A DNA stretch of 64,000 nucleotides from IMG/VR virus record IMGVR_UViG_3300030099_005838. One strand, 5' to 3'. The translations under genes and the position numbers were made by a program. The DNA is from a virus. This document shows, in pieces, positions 37,483 to 46,868 of the stretch; the first letter of the stretch is position 1; the number at the start of each line of letters is the position of its first letter. The notes under the pieces were generated by a model. That model worked only from the letters and a program-made list of their open reading frames with translations, did no database searches and had not been told where the DNA came from.

Positions 37483-39198
37483 ATGCAAGGTTATATAAGT
37501 AATTCAGATTTACATATAGGATTAATAGATAAGAAGTATTCCAAGCCGGTTAGGGCTTTAATCCATAGGTTTCTTCGCCCTTATCCTACAGGTATGGAGT
37601 ATATCCGAAGATTAGATCAGGAGTATAAGATTATAGAGCAAAAGGGTTTTGTATCCACGTTCCACAGGGTAAGAGATTTATTAGAGTTGATTAAGAACCA
37701 AAATATTCCACACGTTCTCAGGGGTTCTGCCGCAAGTTCGTTAGTCTGTTATCAATTAGGAATTAGCGATATCGACCCCATCCAAGAGAAGATACCATTA
37801 ACTCGATTTATGAACTGGTGCAGGGATACCCAACCTGATATCGATTTAGACGTTCCTCATTTCATTCGGGATAATTTGATAGAGCAGTTCCATGAGATAC
37901 ACCCTAACAAGGTCGCACGTATAAGCAATAAGGTGATGTACAAACCAAAGTCCGCGATGAGGGAAGCCATTCGGAAGTTTGGTTACCGTAAGTTTCTTCC
38001 ACGTAGGTACAAACTTTCCGATATCTTTCCCGACCCTTATGTTCGAAAAAACGTTCAACACTACGCGAAATCTCTCGTCGGTAAACAACGACAATGGTCG
38101 CTTCACTGCGGAGGTTTAATCGTTTTTAACGACAAAGTACCGAATGAGCTTTGGTTGAAACCTGAAAGAAGACAAATCCTATTGGACAAGTATGATGTTG
38201 AGGAACAGAATTTAATAAAGATAGATTTACTATGTAACAGAGGATTGTCACAGTTGTGGTCGTTGAGTTCCATGCCTGTATCGGAATATCCAAAGGACGA
38301 TAGGTTGGCTTCTGAACTGTTATGCAGGGGAGAGGTTATAGGGCTTACACAGAGTGAGAGCCGTACTATGAGAAAAACCATATTGGCTCTACAGCCTAAG
38401 AATGTATACGATGTTGCATTGGCTCTAGCCTTAATCAGACCAGCTGCAGCTGATGGTGGTAGAAAGGCAGCTTACTTTCGTAGTGGTGGTAAGGGTAAGA
38501 GACAGATAATAACCGATGAAGATGCTATAGAATACATCTCTGATAGCTTAGGATGTTCTATGGATTTTGCTGATAAGTATAGACGAGGATGGAGTAAACA
38601 ACAGCCTGATATTATGGATGAGTTCCTAAACAGATTGCAGGGTAAGCGAGATAGTGGTGAACAATCTGATATAATTACTGAGTTGAGACATTCACCCAAG
38701 TATAGTTATTGCAGAGGACATGCTTTATCTTACGGACAATTGGTATGGGCATTGGCTTATTGGAAAGCCAGAGAACCACAGAAGTTTTGGATAGCCACTA
38801 TTAAGAATTGTAATTCATCTTACCGCAGATGGGTGCATAGAAGACAAAGTATATTAGCTGGTAATTATCTGTATAATGGTAAGCAAGGTACACCGATGTT
38901 TCAGTTTGAGAAAACAGGCTGGTGGGATGGTGCTGATTTTCTGTCAAATGATTTCGGTTGTGAGGATGCTGATGGTGTAACTTACTTTAGTGGAGTTGTT
39001 GCAAATAGTAGAACCATATATAGATTTAAAAAGAAGTTGATACTTATGAGTATAGGAGTTGGTAATAATCAGTACAGAGATTTGATAATAGATAAGAGAA
39101 TATTTAAAGGTGGAAAGAGATGGAATTTTATCGAAGGCTGTGGAATTACCAAAAGACAATTTAACTCTGAATATATAGAAGTATCACACTTATTATGA
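37483..39198 (+). CDS. minimal family C DNA polymerase (DnaE-like, lacking PHP domain)
   Basis: RGSAASSL, PDIDLD, HCGG, KIDLL and YSYCRGHALSY...AYWKA motifs; 571 aa. Confidence 0.85.
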   Translation: MQGYISNSDLHIGLIDKKYSKPVRALIHRFLRPYPTGMEYIRRLDQEYKIIEQKGFVSTFHRVRDLLELIKNQNIPHVLRGSAASSLVCYQLGISDIDPIQEKIPLTRFMNWCRDTQPDIDLDVPHFIRDNLIEQFHEIHPNKVARISNKVMYKPKSAMREAIRKFGYRKFLPRRYKLSDIFPDPYVRKNVQHYAKSLVGKQRQWSLHCGGLIVFNDKVPNELWLKPERRQILLDKYDVEEQNLIKIDLLCNRGLSQLWSLSSMPVSEYPKDDRLASELLCRGEVIGLTQSESRTMRKTILALQPKNVYDVALALALIRPAAADGGRKAAYFRSGGKGKRQIITDEDAIEYISDSLGCSMDFADKYRRGWSKQQPDIMDEFLNRLQGKRDSGEQSDIITELRHSPKYSYCRGHALSYGQLVWALAYWKAREPQKFWIATIKNCNSSYRRWVHRRQSILAGNYLYNGKQGTPMFQFEKTGWWDGADFLSNDFGCEDADGVTYFSGVVANSRTIYRFKKKLILMSIGVGNNQYRDLIIDKRIFKGGKRWNFIEGCGITKRQFNSEYIEVSHLL

Positions 39199-39338
39199 AA
39201 CTAAAGTACAGAATATTAGAATGGTTGCGTAAAATAAAAGTAAAGAAGAAAACTAAAACAGTTTATGTTTACAGCGATGATGTCTGCCGCACTGATTCAA
39301 ATAATAAACCCTACAAAATAAAAATCAAAAAAGATTAG
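39195..39338 (+). CDS. 47-aa basic hypothetical protein (not in ORF track)
   Basis: ATGA overlap with the dnaE-like stop codon. Confidence 0.35.
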   Translation: MKLKYRILEWLRKIKVKKKTKTVYVYSDDVCRTDSNNKPYKIKIKKD

Positions 39339-39346
39339 AAAAAGAC

Positions 39347-39376
39347 TTGACTCGTATTGCATTTTTGTTATAGCTT
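39347..39376 (+). promoter_or_regulatory. early promoter TTGACT-N18-TAGCTT
   Basis: Consensus match. Confidence 0.7.
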
Positions 39377-39402
39377 AAGGCATAATAAAAAAGGAATATT
39401 TA

Positions 39403-39744
39403 ATGAACGAAACAATTTATTTTAGAGACCATATAATCGGTGTTGAGGAACTAGACCCGCCTTTTAGAGAAGTTCCTTTCTTTCAGCTGATGGATGAGTT
39501 TTGTAATGACTATGATGATAGAAATTACTGTGAGAACTTCGCTGTGGTTTGGAATCAAGTAGACGAGGAACTTCACGTTCAACAGATATACAACCATGAT
39601 ACTGGTGAGATTTATTGGGAAGATAATTTTCCTGAACTTGAAGGTTGTGGGATGGCACCAGGTGGTAGGGATTGGACTATAGGTGATGAGATAATTTACT
39701 GTAGTCTTCTAATGTGGGGTGAGATGGAACAAACAATTGCGTAA
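39403..39744 (+). CDS. acidic hypothetical early protein
   Basis: Promoter plus SD AAGGA. Confidence 0.6.
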   Translation: MNETIYFRDHIIGVEELDPPFREVPFFQLMDEFCNDYDDRNYCENFAVVWNQVDEELHVQQIYNHDTGEIYWEDNFPELEGCGMAPGGRDWTIGDEIIYCSLLMWGEMEQTIA

Positions 39745-39761
39745 AAAAATTAAAAAAAGAC

Positions 39762-39791
39762 TTGACTCGTATTGCAATTTTGTATTAGCTT
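39762..39791 (+). promoter_or_regulatory. early promoter TTGACT-N18-TAGCTT
   Basis: Near-copy of the 39347 promoter. Confidence 0.7.
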
Positions 39792-39796
39792 AAGGC

Positions 39797-40039
39797 ATGA
39801 TAAATGAGGAAAATATGAAAAACATAATCAAATTAGAAAGTATCGGAACTGCATTAAATATGAAAACCGGCATGACTCATCCGATAAATGCTGACGGTAC
39901 TATTGACTTTGATGAGGGAATGGCAGAACACATTCTTTATGACACAGGTGGTTTTGATGAGGATGGTTTTGAATTGTATGACTTGGCTGATTTAGAGGAT
40001 AGGGAAGTCATCGAAGAATATTTAGAAACAACAAAGTAA
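39797..40039 (+). CDS. hypothetical early protein
   Basis: ORF after promoter. Confidence 0.55.
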   Translation: MINEENMKNIIKLESIGTALNMKTGMTHPINADGTIDFDEGMAEHILYDTGGFDEDGFELYDLADLEDREVIEEYLETTK

Positions 40040-40051
40040 AAGGAAAAAATA

Positions 40052-40423
40052 ATGGCTTATATGAATCAAGAAAAGAAAAAAGAGTTAGCTCCAAATATTA
40101 AAAAGGCTTTGAAAAAGCATAATATGAAAGGTACACTTAGTGTCGATAACTATTCTACTTTAAGGTTGACTCTTCAATCTGGTCCTATTGACTTCAAGTA
40201 CATTGGGCAAGATGGTGAGACTATCAGACATATAAATGAGTATTGGTATAAAGACCACTTCAAAGATAATCCTGAAGCACTTGCTTTCTTATCAGAGGTG
40301 ATTCCAGCGATGAATAATGGAAACCATGATAACTCTGATATAATGACAGATTACTTTGATGTCGGTTGGTATATTTCTGTTAACCTTGGTAAGTGGGATA
40401 AACCTTATATAGTTAATGCGTAA
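40052..40423 (+). CDS. conserved phage early protein
   Basis: MAYMNQEKKKELAP...DIMTDYFDVGWY; SD AAGGA. Confidence 0.65.
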   Translation: MAYMNQEKKKELAPNIKKALKKHNMKGTLSVDNYSTLRLTLQSGPIDFKYIGQDGETIRHINEYWYKDHFKDNPEALAFLSEVIPAMNNGNHDNSDIMTDYFDVGWYISVNLGKWDKPYIVNA

Positions 40424-40841
40424 TAAGGAAAGATTCAAAAAAGAGATTAGGGCTCTTAGAACCGTACTTATGGATGAGCACTACTGTAAATCTTTAGGTA
40501 GTTTTCATACATTTGTAGCTGATATGCATGTAGCATTAGTATCTGATAGAAGGATTACAGATAAGATGCAAGGTAGTATCCAAAAAATTATTAATAACTA
40601 TCATAGGTTAAATCAGCCTGATATTAGGACAAAGAGATTACAGATTATGGATAAGATGGATATGTTGTCCAAAAAATTAGAGCAGTGTGATTACCACAAG
40701 TTATATAGGATGGAAAAGCAGGAAGTCATAGATAGTATGAAGAGGTGGGCATCAAGAACAGGTAAGTTGACTAAAGGACAGATGGTATATTGTAATAAAC
40801 TTTTTAAACAATTCAATAAAAAAATTCAAAAAAGACCTTGA
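40416..40841 (+). CDS. hypothetical protein
   Basis: ORF track. Confidence 0.55.
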   Translation: MRNKERFKKEIRALRTVLMDEHYCKSLGSFHTFVADMHVALVSDRRITDKMQGSIQKIINNYHRLNQPDIRTKRLQIMDKMDMLSKKLEQCDYHKLYRMEKQEVIDSMKRWASRTGKLTKGQMVYCNKLFKQFNKKIQKRP

Positions 40842-40869
40842 CTTTTAGCAAAAGTTTTTGTAGCTTTAG
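40837..40869 (+). repeat. 33-nt promoter cassette, copy 1 (TTGACT-N17-TAGCTT)
   Basis: Identical to 41104-41136. Confidence 0.85.
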
Positions 40870-40892
40870 ATGTTAAATAAAGGGAATAAATA

Positions 40893-41096
40893 ATGGAAAC
40901 ATATCAAATCAATGGAATAACAGTTCGTGGAGAAATCAAGTGGACTAGAATTGGAGAGCCAGTGGATATGGATAATGACTACGAGATGGCTAGGGTTTAT
41001 GGAATGGATAAGGCCGGTAGAGGGTATTGTGCCATAGGATATATCGAAGACGGTCTCATAGATGACATCGTTGATGAAACTTTTGAAATACTTTAA
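40893..41096 (+). CDS. hypothetical early protein
   Basis: Follows the promoter cassette. Confidence 0.6.
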   Translation: METYQINGITVRGEIKWTRIGEPVDMDNDYEMARVYGMDKAGRGYCAIGYIEDGLIDDIVDETFEIL

Positions 41097-41103
41097 AAAA
41101 GTA

Positions 41104-41136
41104 CTTGACTTTTAGCAAAAGTTTTTGTAGCTTTAG
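41104..41136 (+). repeat. 33-nt promoter cassette, copy 2
   Basis: cttgacttttagcaaaagtttttgtagctttag. Confidence 0.85.
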
Positions 41137-41159
41137 CCGTTAAATAAAGGGAAAAAATA

Positions 41160-41303
41160 ATGAAAACAATTTTTGAAGAAATACAAAATGATATGGATGA
41201 GTTCTTCGCAGAGATAGATGCTATCATCGGTAGGGAACCTGAGATGACAGATGAAGAAGCTGAACACTTGGAAATGAAAGCGGAGTTGGCTTATGGAATT
41301 TAA
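41160..41303 (+). CDS. 47-aa acidic early protein (not in ORF track)
   Basis: Follows the promoter cassette and AAGGG; MKTIFEEIQNDMDEFF... Confidence 0.55.
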   Translation: MKTIFEEIQNDMDEFFAEIDAIIGREPEMTDEEAEHLEMKAELAYGI

Positions 41304-41649
41304 TCAGGCCATAGATAAATTACTTGTAGGGATTGGTGATGACTATACCAGATGGTCTTCACCATTGAAAACTGATGAGCAGGGTATGGTTGATATTAAG
41401 ACTAAGATGATCGCTGAGTTTAGAGATAATATTAAAATTAGGAATGGTAAGAAGTATGTAAAAGTTATCACCGGTTCTTCTGTTTGGGGTTTTATTGCTA
41501 AAGACGATGGAGTTCACAAAGGTATACCACATAAGAAAGGCGATGTCTTCAAAGCCGCTGGTTGGGCAGCTCCGGCCAAATGGGCTAGAGGAAGTATTTT
41601 TGACACTAACACAAATTGGTTCAGATGGACTGGGCCTAATTACTTATAA
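41293..41649 (+). CDS. conserved T4-like phage hypothetical protein
   Basis: KYVKVI...VWGFI...GDVFKAAGWAAPAK..RGSIF. Confidence 0.65.
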   Translation: MEFNQAIDKLLVGIGDDYTRWSSPLKTDEQGMVDIKTKMIAEFRDNIKIRNGKKYVKVITGSSVWGFIAKDDGVHKGIPHKKGDVFKAAGWAAPAKWARGSIFDTNTNWFRWTGPNYL

Positions 41650-41659
41650 GGAGTAAAGT

Positions 41660-41854
41660 ATGATAAATCCAAAAGATGAAGCCATCTTAGATATGATGGC
41701 TGATGAAATCGAAGTCAGTAACGAACTAATCGCTGATAACAGCGACTACGTTGATTATCTTCTCAATGAGAGGAAGGATGGTTACTCAGGTGATTATGAG
41801 TCATCTGATGTATTAGAGTTTGATGAAACTGATGACGAATGGTATCTTGACTAA
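41660..41854 (+). CDS. acidic hypothetical protein
   Basis: SD AAGGAG. Confidence 0.55.
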   Translation: MINPKDEAILDMMADEIEVSNELIADNSDYVDYLLNERKDGYSGDYESSDVLEFDETDDEWYLD

Positions 41855-41873
41855 AAAATATCTAAAAAAAGAC

Positions 41874-41903
41874 TTGACTTGTATTGCAATTCTTTTGTAG
41901 CTT
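41874..41903 (+). promoter_or_regulatory. early promoter TTGACT-N18-TAGCTT
   Basis: Consensus match. Confidence 0.7.
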
Positions 41904-41926
41904 TAAACGTAATGAAAAGGAAAAAT

Positions 41927-42169
41927 ATGATACACGAATTAGTTCACGAAACAGTAAACATTAAAGGATGGGACATAGTTGGTTCTATCGATTGGACAGT
42001 TGGTAATGAAACCGAATTACCATTTGAAGATCATCAACCTGATAAGACATTACATTACATCAATGGATATGATAAGGCTGGAACATCAGTTAGTTGTATC
42101 GGTGAAGTAGTTGATGGTAAAGTTGTAGATGTATTTTTTGATTATTTAATTGCTAAATATAATAAATAA
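41927..42169 (+). CDS. hypothetical early protein
   Basis: SD AAGGA; weakly resembles 40893-41096. Confidence 0.55.
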   Translation: MIHELVHETVNIKGWDIVGSIDWTVGNETELPFEDHQPDKTLHYINGYDKAGTSVSCIGEVVDGKVVDVFFDYLIAKYNK

Positions 42170-42183
42170 AGGAGTCAGTTAAT

Positions 42184-42453
42184 ATGACATATGTGTATGA
42201 ATATGTTGTCGGTAATGACAACGTTAAAGTGGAGTACTGTTTTAGCAGTGTTTCAGACTCAATCAAAGTGGTTGAGATGTGGGTTAATGATAAATTCCAC
42301 AGAGTGAATTGGATGAGTCCAGAAGGTAATAAGGCTTTGATGACTAGGTTGGAAGCCGATATGGAGAATAGGATGTGTGGTACTTTGGATGATGTAACCG
42401 TTGGAACTGAAATTGATTTAGATAGAGATATACCGGAGATTGCAATTGCTTAA
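42184..42453 (+). CDS. hypothetical protein
   Basis: SD AAGGAG. Confidence 0.55.
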   Translation: MTYVYEYVVGNDNVKVEYCFSSVSDSIKVVEMWVNDKFHRVNWMSPEGNKALMTRLEADMENRMCGTLDDVTVGTEIDLDRDIPEIAIA

Positions 42454-42682
42454 AGAAATATTAGATAGGCTTGTAGATATAGAAGGTCAGTTAGATGACG
42501 CTTACTACAACCTGCCTGAGTATGATGCTAACTCAGAAGGTAAGGGTTATATAGATGGTGCAAGGTGTGACTTGTACCATCTAAAAGATGAGATAGAAAA
42601 AACTATCTTAGAAAGCCAAAAAGAAAATGTATCACTAGATGAGGTAATGAATACATCACCGACATTAGCCAAATTATTATAA
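42440..42682 (+). CDS. hypothetical protein
   Basis: ORF track. Confidence 0.5.
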   Translation: MQLLKEILDRLVDIEGQLDDAYYNLPEYDANSEGKGYIDGARCDLYHLKDEIEKTILESQKENVSLDEVMNTSPTLAKLL

Positions 42683-42900
42683 TGAATCTATTAGAGAAAA
42701 TAATAGACACTTTCGATGGAGTTATTATTGAAGATAACCAATGGACTGTGGATGGTTCTAATGGCAAACGGTATATCGTAGAGTGGGATAAGTATAATAA
42801 AAAATACAGTTGTCAATGTAAGGGTTATATTTATAGAAAGAAATGCAGACACATTACAGAACTATCAGAATCTTTTAGGAGACATTATGCAGTTAGATAA
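42682..42900 (+). CDS. SWIM zinc-finger protein
   Basis: CQC...KCRH (CxC-Xn-CxH). Confidence 0.75.
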   Translation: MNLLEKIIDTFDGVIIEDNQWTVDGSNGKRYIVEWDKYNKKYSCQCKGYIYRKKCRHITELSESFRRHYAVR

Positions 42901-43186
42901 TATAGACCACGTTGCTATACAAGTTACACACATAGCTAGAGGTGTAGCTTTTTATAAAAAGAATTTCAATTGTGAAGTAGAATATGAAGACCAATCTTGG
43001 GCCTTACTAAAATTTAAAAACACAAAACTAGCTTTAGTATTACCTGCAGAACACCCGCCACATATTGCAATTATAGATGATGAATTAGAAGGTGGAGATG
43101 TACATAGGGATGGTAGCCGTTCTAAATACGAACATGATGGCTATGGGAATATGGTAGAAATAATTACTTATAAGGATGTAAAATGA
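42887..43186 (+). CDS. VOC/glyoxalase superfamily protein
   Basis: IDHVAIQV...FYKKNF...HIA...DGYGNMVEI. Confidence 0.8.
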   Translation: MQLDNIDHVAIQVTHIARGVAFYKKNFNCEVEYEDQSWALLKFKNTKLALVLPAEHPPHIAIIDDELEGGDVHRDGSRSKYEHDGYGNMVEIITYKDVK

Positions 43187-43362
43187 AAGATAAAATAAAG
43201 ATAAACGATGTTGTTGAATTTAAGGCAACTTCACTTGGAAAGGGAACTATAATTTCTGTACCTAATGAAGATACTCATATGTATACCGTTAGGCTAGGGG
43301 TACAGGATATAAATGGTAAACATATAAGTTGTACAGAACATTACTTTAAGGTGGTTGAATGA
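43183..43362 (+). CDS. 59-aa hypothetical protein (not in ORF track)
   Basis: ATGA overlaps at both ends. Confidence 0.5.
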   Translation: MKDKIKINDVVEFKATSLGKGTIISVPNEDTHMYTVRLGVQDINGKHISCTEHYFKVVE

Positions 43363-43571
43363 TTGAAATTCAAAAGAATAGAAGAGAGACTATCAGAATC
43401 TCTGAATCAGAATATGAAGGCCATAAGTTTATTGATTTAAGAATTTGGTATGATGATAATGGAGAAATGAAACCTACAAAAAAAGGTATATCATTCAATC
43501 CTAATATTGCAAAAGAAGTTATCGAAGGAATACTAAAAACGGTAGAGGAGTCAGATTGGAAAAACTTCTAA
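43359..43571 (+). CDS. PC4/YdbC-like ssDNA-binding protein
   Basis: EYEGHKFIDLRIWY...KPTKKGISF. Confidence 0.8.
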   Translation: MIEIQKNRRETIRISESEYEGHKFIDLRIWYDDNGEMKPTKKGISFNPNIAKEVIEGILKTVEESDWKNF

Positions 43572-43915
43572 CCAACAAATTGTATTTGGCTATCCTAGCA
43601 CAAATCATCGGTGGTATAATCGCTTTCTTTCAGTTACAAGGTTGGGTTGTTTGGCCGGATAAACCGTTTCTGAAATCTATATGGTGGTTGTACCTAACAA
43701 GTATTATTATAGCACCATTATTCTTTTGGAGTACAAAATGGTCTTACGACCACTTTGGTGCTTTTTGGAATATGAGGTTAGCTGGATTTGGTATTAGTAC
43801 AATAATATTTGGTTTACTGGCGTGGAGCCTGATAGGTGAAATACCAACAATAAAAACTATGATTAGTCTCTTACTAGCATTAGCTATAATCTTAATACAA
43901 ATTAGTAATCTTTAA
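43556..43915 (+). CDS. 4-TM membrane protein (possible DMT/SMR fold)
   Basis: Four hydrophobic segments. Confidence 0.55.
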   Translation: MEKLLTNKLYLAILAQIIGGIIAFFQLQGWVVWPDKPFLKSIWWLYLTSIIIAPLFFWSTKWSYDHFGAFWNMRLAGFGISTIIFGLLAWSLIGEIPTIKTMISLLLALAIILIQISNL

Positions 43916-43926
43916 GGAGAATTGAA

Positions 43927-44322
43927 ATGAAAACTATATCTAAAATACACATCATAATTGCGGTACTTGCTTTCATATTTGGAACTCAACTCAAAGGACA
44001 GACATTCAATTATAACACAGTTTCAGACTTTGAATTGAAACCGATGCCACCTGAATTAGTCCCATACCAGATTGTGCCACTAGACCCTGTACCTGATTGT
44101 AGACTAGAAATGGGTATTGAATTAATATATCCCCAAAGTATTATGAATCTACCAGAGCCACAAAGAGAGGAAACATTAGAAATTATTTATAAAAGAGTGG
44201 CATTTGAGATATCGAATCCTGAGAAATCTGCTGGTTTATTTCAGATTGATGGACGGATGTATCATTTAATCAGAATACCTTATACAGGTGCTTCTAACTT
44301 TTGGGGTTGGGAATATGATTGA
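43927..44322 (+). CDS. secreted hypothetical protein
   Basis: Signal-peptide-like N-terminus; SD AAGGAG. Confidence 0.55.
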   Translation: MKTISKIHIIIAVLAFIFGTQLKGQTFNYNTVSDFELKPMPPELVPYQIVPLDPVPDCRLEMGIELIYPQSIMNLPEPQREETLEIIYKRVAFEISNPEKSAGLFQIDGRMYHLIRIPYTGASNFWGWEYD

Positions 44323-44629
44323 GTATATTTTATTAGGAGTATTTGCTCCGATAATTTTAAACCTTATGCATATGATTATTGGATTATATGTGGTGACACA
44401 ACGTGGTAATATGATGTCGTTAGGATTTACAGGTATGGGTTTTCTAACTAAGACAGTAGCTATGTTATTCTTAACATGGCTGGGTGTTGGTTATTTGAAT
44501 ATGGACTTTAGAATATTTATTCCGTTACTAACATTCTTTTGGTTTTTTACTCACATGGTGGAAGCATTTGTCATACAGCATTATATGAAAGAAAATGTTC
44601 CAAAAGAATTACAAAGGATACAGATATGA
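44315..44629 (+). CDS. membrane protein (possibly AtpI-like)
   Basis: Four hydrophobic helices, about 104 aa. Confidence 0.45.
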   Translation: MIEYILLGVFAPIILNLMHMIIGLYVVTQRGNMMSLGFTGMGFLTKTVAMLFLTWLGVGYLNMDFRIFIPLLTFFWFFTHMVEAFVIQHYMKENVPKELQRIQI

Positions 44630-44690
44630 TTTATTTACTTTTAGGAATTTTAATACTTATACTAATAATGCAAATAAGGAATGGTTGGAA

Positions 44691-44981
44691 ATGAAAATAA
44701 GTTTAATGCAGAGACATTTATTCAACGACTCAAAACCAATGATTCAACTTTGGGGTCCTGATGCTGAGAAGGAACATCATATGCATCAGAGTGCTGACAA
44801 ATGGGTTCAATGGGATGAGTGTGATTTAAGTGATTCACCACCATATAGATTACCTGGTAGTATGACAGCACATGGTAAGTTCCCAACTTATAAATATGAG
44901 GAGTTACCAACGACATTCAAAGATACCAATGGTGAGGAACACGAGATAGAGGATATAATAGCATATAAGAGTAGTAAATGA
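44691..44981 (+). CDS. hypothetical protein
   Basis: Likely start MKISLMQ. Confidence 0.5.
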   Translation: MKISLMQRHLFNDSKPMIQLWGPDAEKEHHMHQSADKWVQWDECDLSDSPPYRLPGSMTAHGKFPTYKYEELPTTFKDTNGEEHEIEDIIAYKSSK

Positions 44982-45172
44982 AACAAATAAGACATAGTAA
45001 ATTACCAATCACCTTAATATCAGATGACCATCTCACAACAGATTTTCTGAAGGCTATTCAGATACAGATGGAGGAATACAGTTGGGATGATTGGATTGAT
45101 GAAAATGGTAATTGGTTTACATTTTGGAATAAACCAAACCCTAAACAATTGGAGCTGTTTGATGAACTATAA
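44978..45172 (+). CDS. hypothetical protein
   Basis: ORF track. Confidence 0.5.
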   Translation: MKQIRHSKLPITLISDDHLTTDFLKAIQIQMEEYSWDDWIDENGNWFTFWNKPNPKQLELFDEL

Positions 45173-45426
45173 AGATGTAATGGACTTATGGTATGTTTGG
45201 ATGCCAGTTCTGATAATTATTATAAAATATGTTAAAGGTATAGTGGATAGTTGGAATGATTAAGCTGTGGAATTCAGGTTGGTGGTTAAGATTTCAATTT
45301 CGTCCATTTTGGGTAAAGTTTATGGAATGGAGGATAGGTAGGCAATCTGAAAAGTTTGCAAAGGAATTGAAGAAAAAAAATTACAAACCACGACAACCGT
45401 GGGATGTAGGGATATGGAGATAGAAT

Positions 45427-45750
45427 GTGGCGTATAATTACTTTAAAGGCATACCAGAGTTACCTGAGTATGCAAGAGAAAAAAGAAAAAGACCACCGAT
45501 GGTTGCAGTTGTTGATGAGGATAATTGTACAGGATGTCAAGCCTGTGTTCCTTTTTGTCCTGTGGATTGTATCGAACCAGTCGCTTCTGATAAGTATGAA
45601 TGGCCAGTCATTCCACCAGTACAAGTCAGATTTAATGAATGCACTGGATGTCAGGTATGTGCAAGAGTGTGTACCAAGTTTACATGGGATGCTATAAGGA
45701 TGTTTAAAACCGATAAATTCGAAGAGTTTTACCAATTTGAGGTAGATTAA
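45427..45750 (+). CDS. 2x[4Fe-4S] ferredoxin
   Basis: CTGCQACVPFCP and CTGCQVCARVC. Confidence 0.85.
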   Translation: MAYNYFKGIPELPEYAREKRKRPPMVAVVDEDNCTGCQACVPFCPVDCIEPVASDKYEWPVIPPVQVRFNECTGCQVCARVCTKFTWDAIRMFKTDKFEEFYQFEVD

Positions 45751-46046
45751 TGAAATCAAAAGTTATATTATTATTTTTATTTTTTATTGGCTGTAATGAT
45801 GAATCACTAAAGCCCACAACTTATGAAATAAAAGATGAGGTTACCGGAGAAATTTATCTATTACGAAAAAAACCTAAATTGAAAAAGAGTATAGTGTACT
45901 GTACCAAGAGAAAAGAAAATGTTGTAGTTTGGGTAAATTGGCATGTCAATCAAACTCCTGAATACACTTACAGAGTTGATTCATATAAAAATTACTTAGA
46001 AAAGAATTGGGTTGAACAACATTATGGATATGATATAGCCCCATGA
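45750..46046 (+). CDS. putative lipoprotein
   Basis: MKSKVILLFLFFIGC lipobox-like leader. Confidence 0.55.
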   Translation: MKSKVILLFLFFIGCNDESLKPTTYEIKDEVTGEIYLLRKKPKLKKSIVYCTKRKENVVVWVNWHVNQTPEYTYRVDSYKNYLEKNWVEQHYGYDIAP

Positions 46047-46540
46047 AAAAACTAATTTGTTTATTAATATTATTTTGTTGTGATGGAAGGGTAGAAGATA
46101 CTAATGAGGCAAAAGTAATAGTCACCATGCTCAGAGTTAATAGAATAGAAATATTGGATAACCTATGGATAACACCTTATCCATTATGGGGACATTTAGA
46201 ATCGGTTCACACGCCTGTTGAAAGATTAGTTGTTCATTGGTGGTGTAACTTGTATTGGGATGAGAATGATTCAAGTGGACATTATAGATTACTACCCAAC
46301 AGAAGAACCAAAGCAATATGGTATGATAACTTTGGTAACAGAGATACGATGGATGTAAATGTGGATACTCTTAGATGGATAACAGATAGATATTCTACCG
46401 TTGATAGTTTAGGATATTTTCACAATACGCTGATGCCAGTTAGGGTAATGCAAGATAAAGGATCAGGTAGTGAGATGAAACTGTATTGGAGTATTGAGAA
46501 TACTTTGATAGATTCTCAAGAAATTTTTTTAATGGATTAA
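46043..46540 (+). CDS. putative lipoprotein
   Basis: MKKLICLLILFCC leader; weak similarity to 32353-32994. Confidence 0.55.
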   Translation: MKKLICLLILFCCDGRVEDTNEAKVIVTMLRVNRIEILDNLWITPYPLWGHLESVHTPVERLVVHWWCNLYWDENDSSGHYRLLPNRRTKAIWYDNFGNRDTMDVNVDTLRWITDRYSTVDSLGYFHNTLMPVRVMQDKGSGSEMKLYWSIENTLIDSQEIFLMD

Positions 46541-46628
46541 CATAGGAGTTAAAAATGACATTAGGATTAGGAATAGCAGCGGCAATATTATTCTTGACAT
46601 TTTGGTTGTACAGAGATGATTTGAGGAA

Positions 46629-46868
46629 TTGGTAATGAAAGACTTTCCACAAAAAGAAGCATATATATTATTTGGCGACCAACTGAATAAAATTATGAAG
46701 TGTTTGTATATTCTGAAAAGTAGAAATAACGACATTGATGGTTTATCACGTTTTATCGAACAGCTAGAGACTATGCCATCATACGATGATATGCTTAGTA
46801 AGTTTGAAGATCCAGATGATGATTTAGAAGATCTTTTGAATGGTTTCGGATTAACATTACCAGATTGA
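46629..46868 (+). CDS. hypothetical protein
   Basis: ORF track. Confidence 0.55.
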   Translation: MVMKDFPQKEAYILFGDQLNKIMKCLYILKSRNNDIDGLSRFIEQLETMPSYDDMLSKFEDPDDDLEDLLNGFGLTLPD

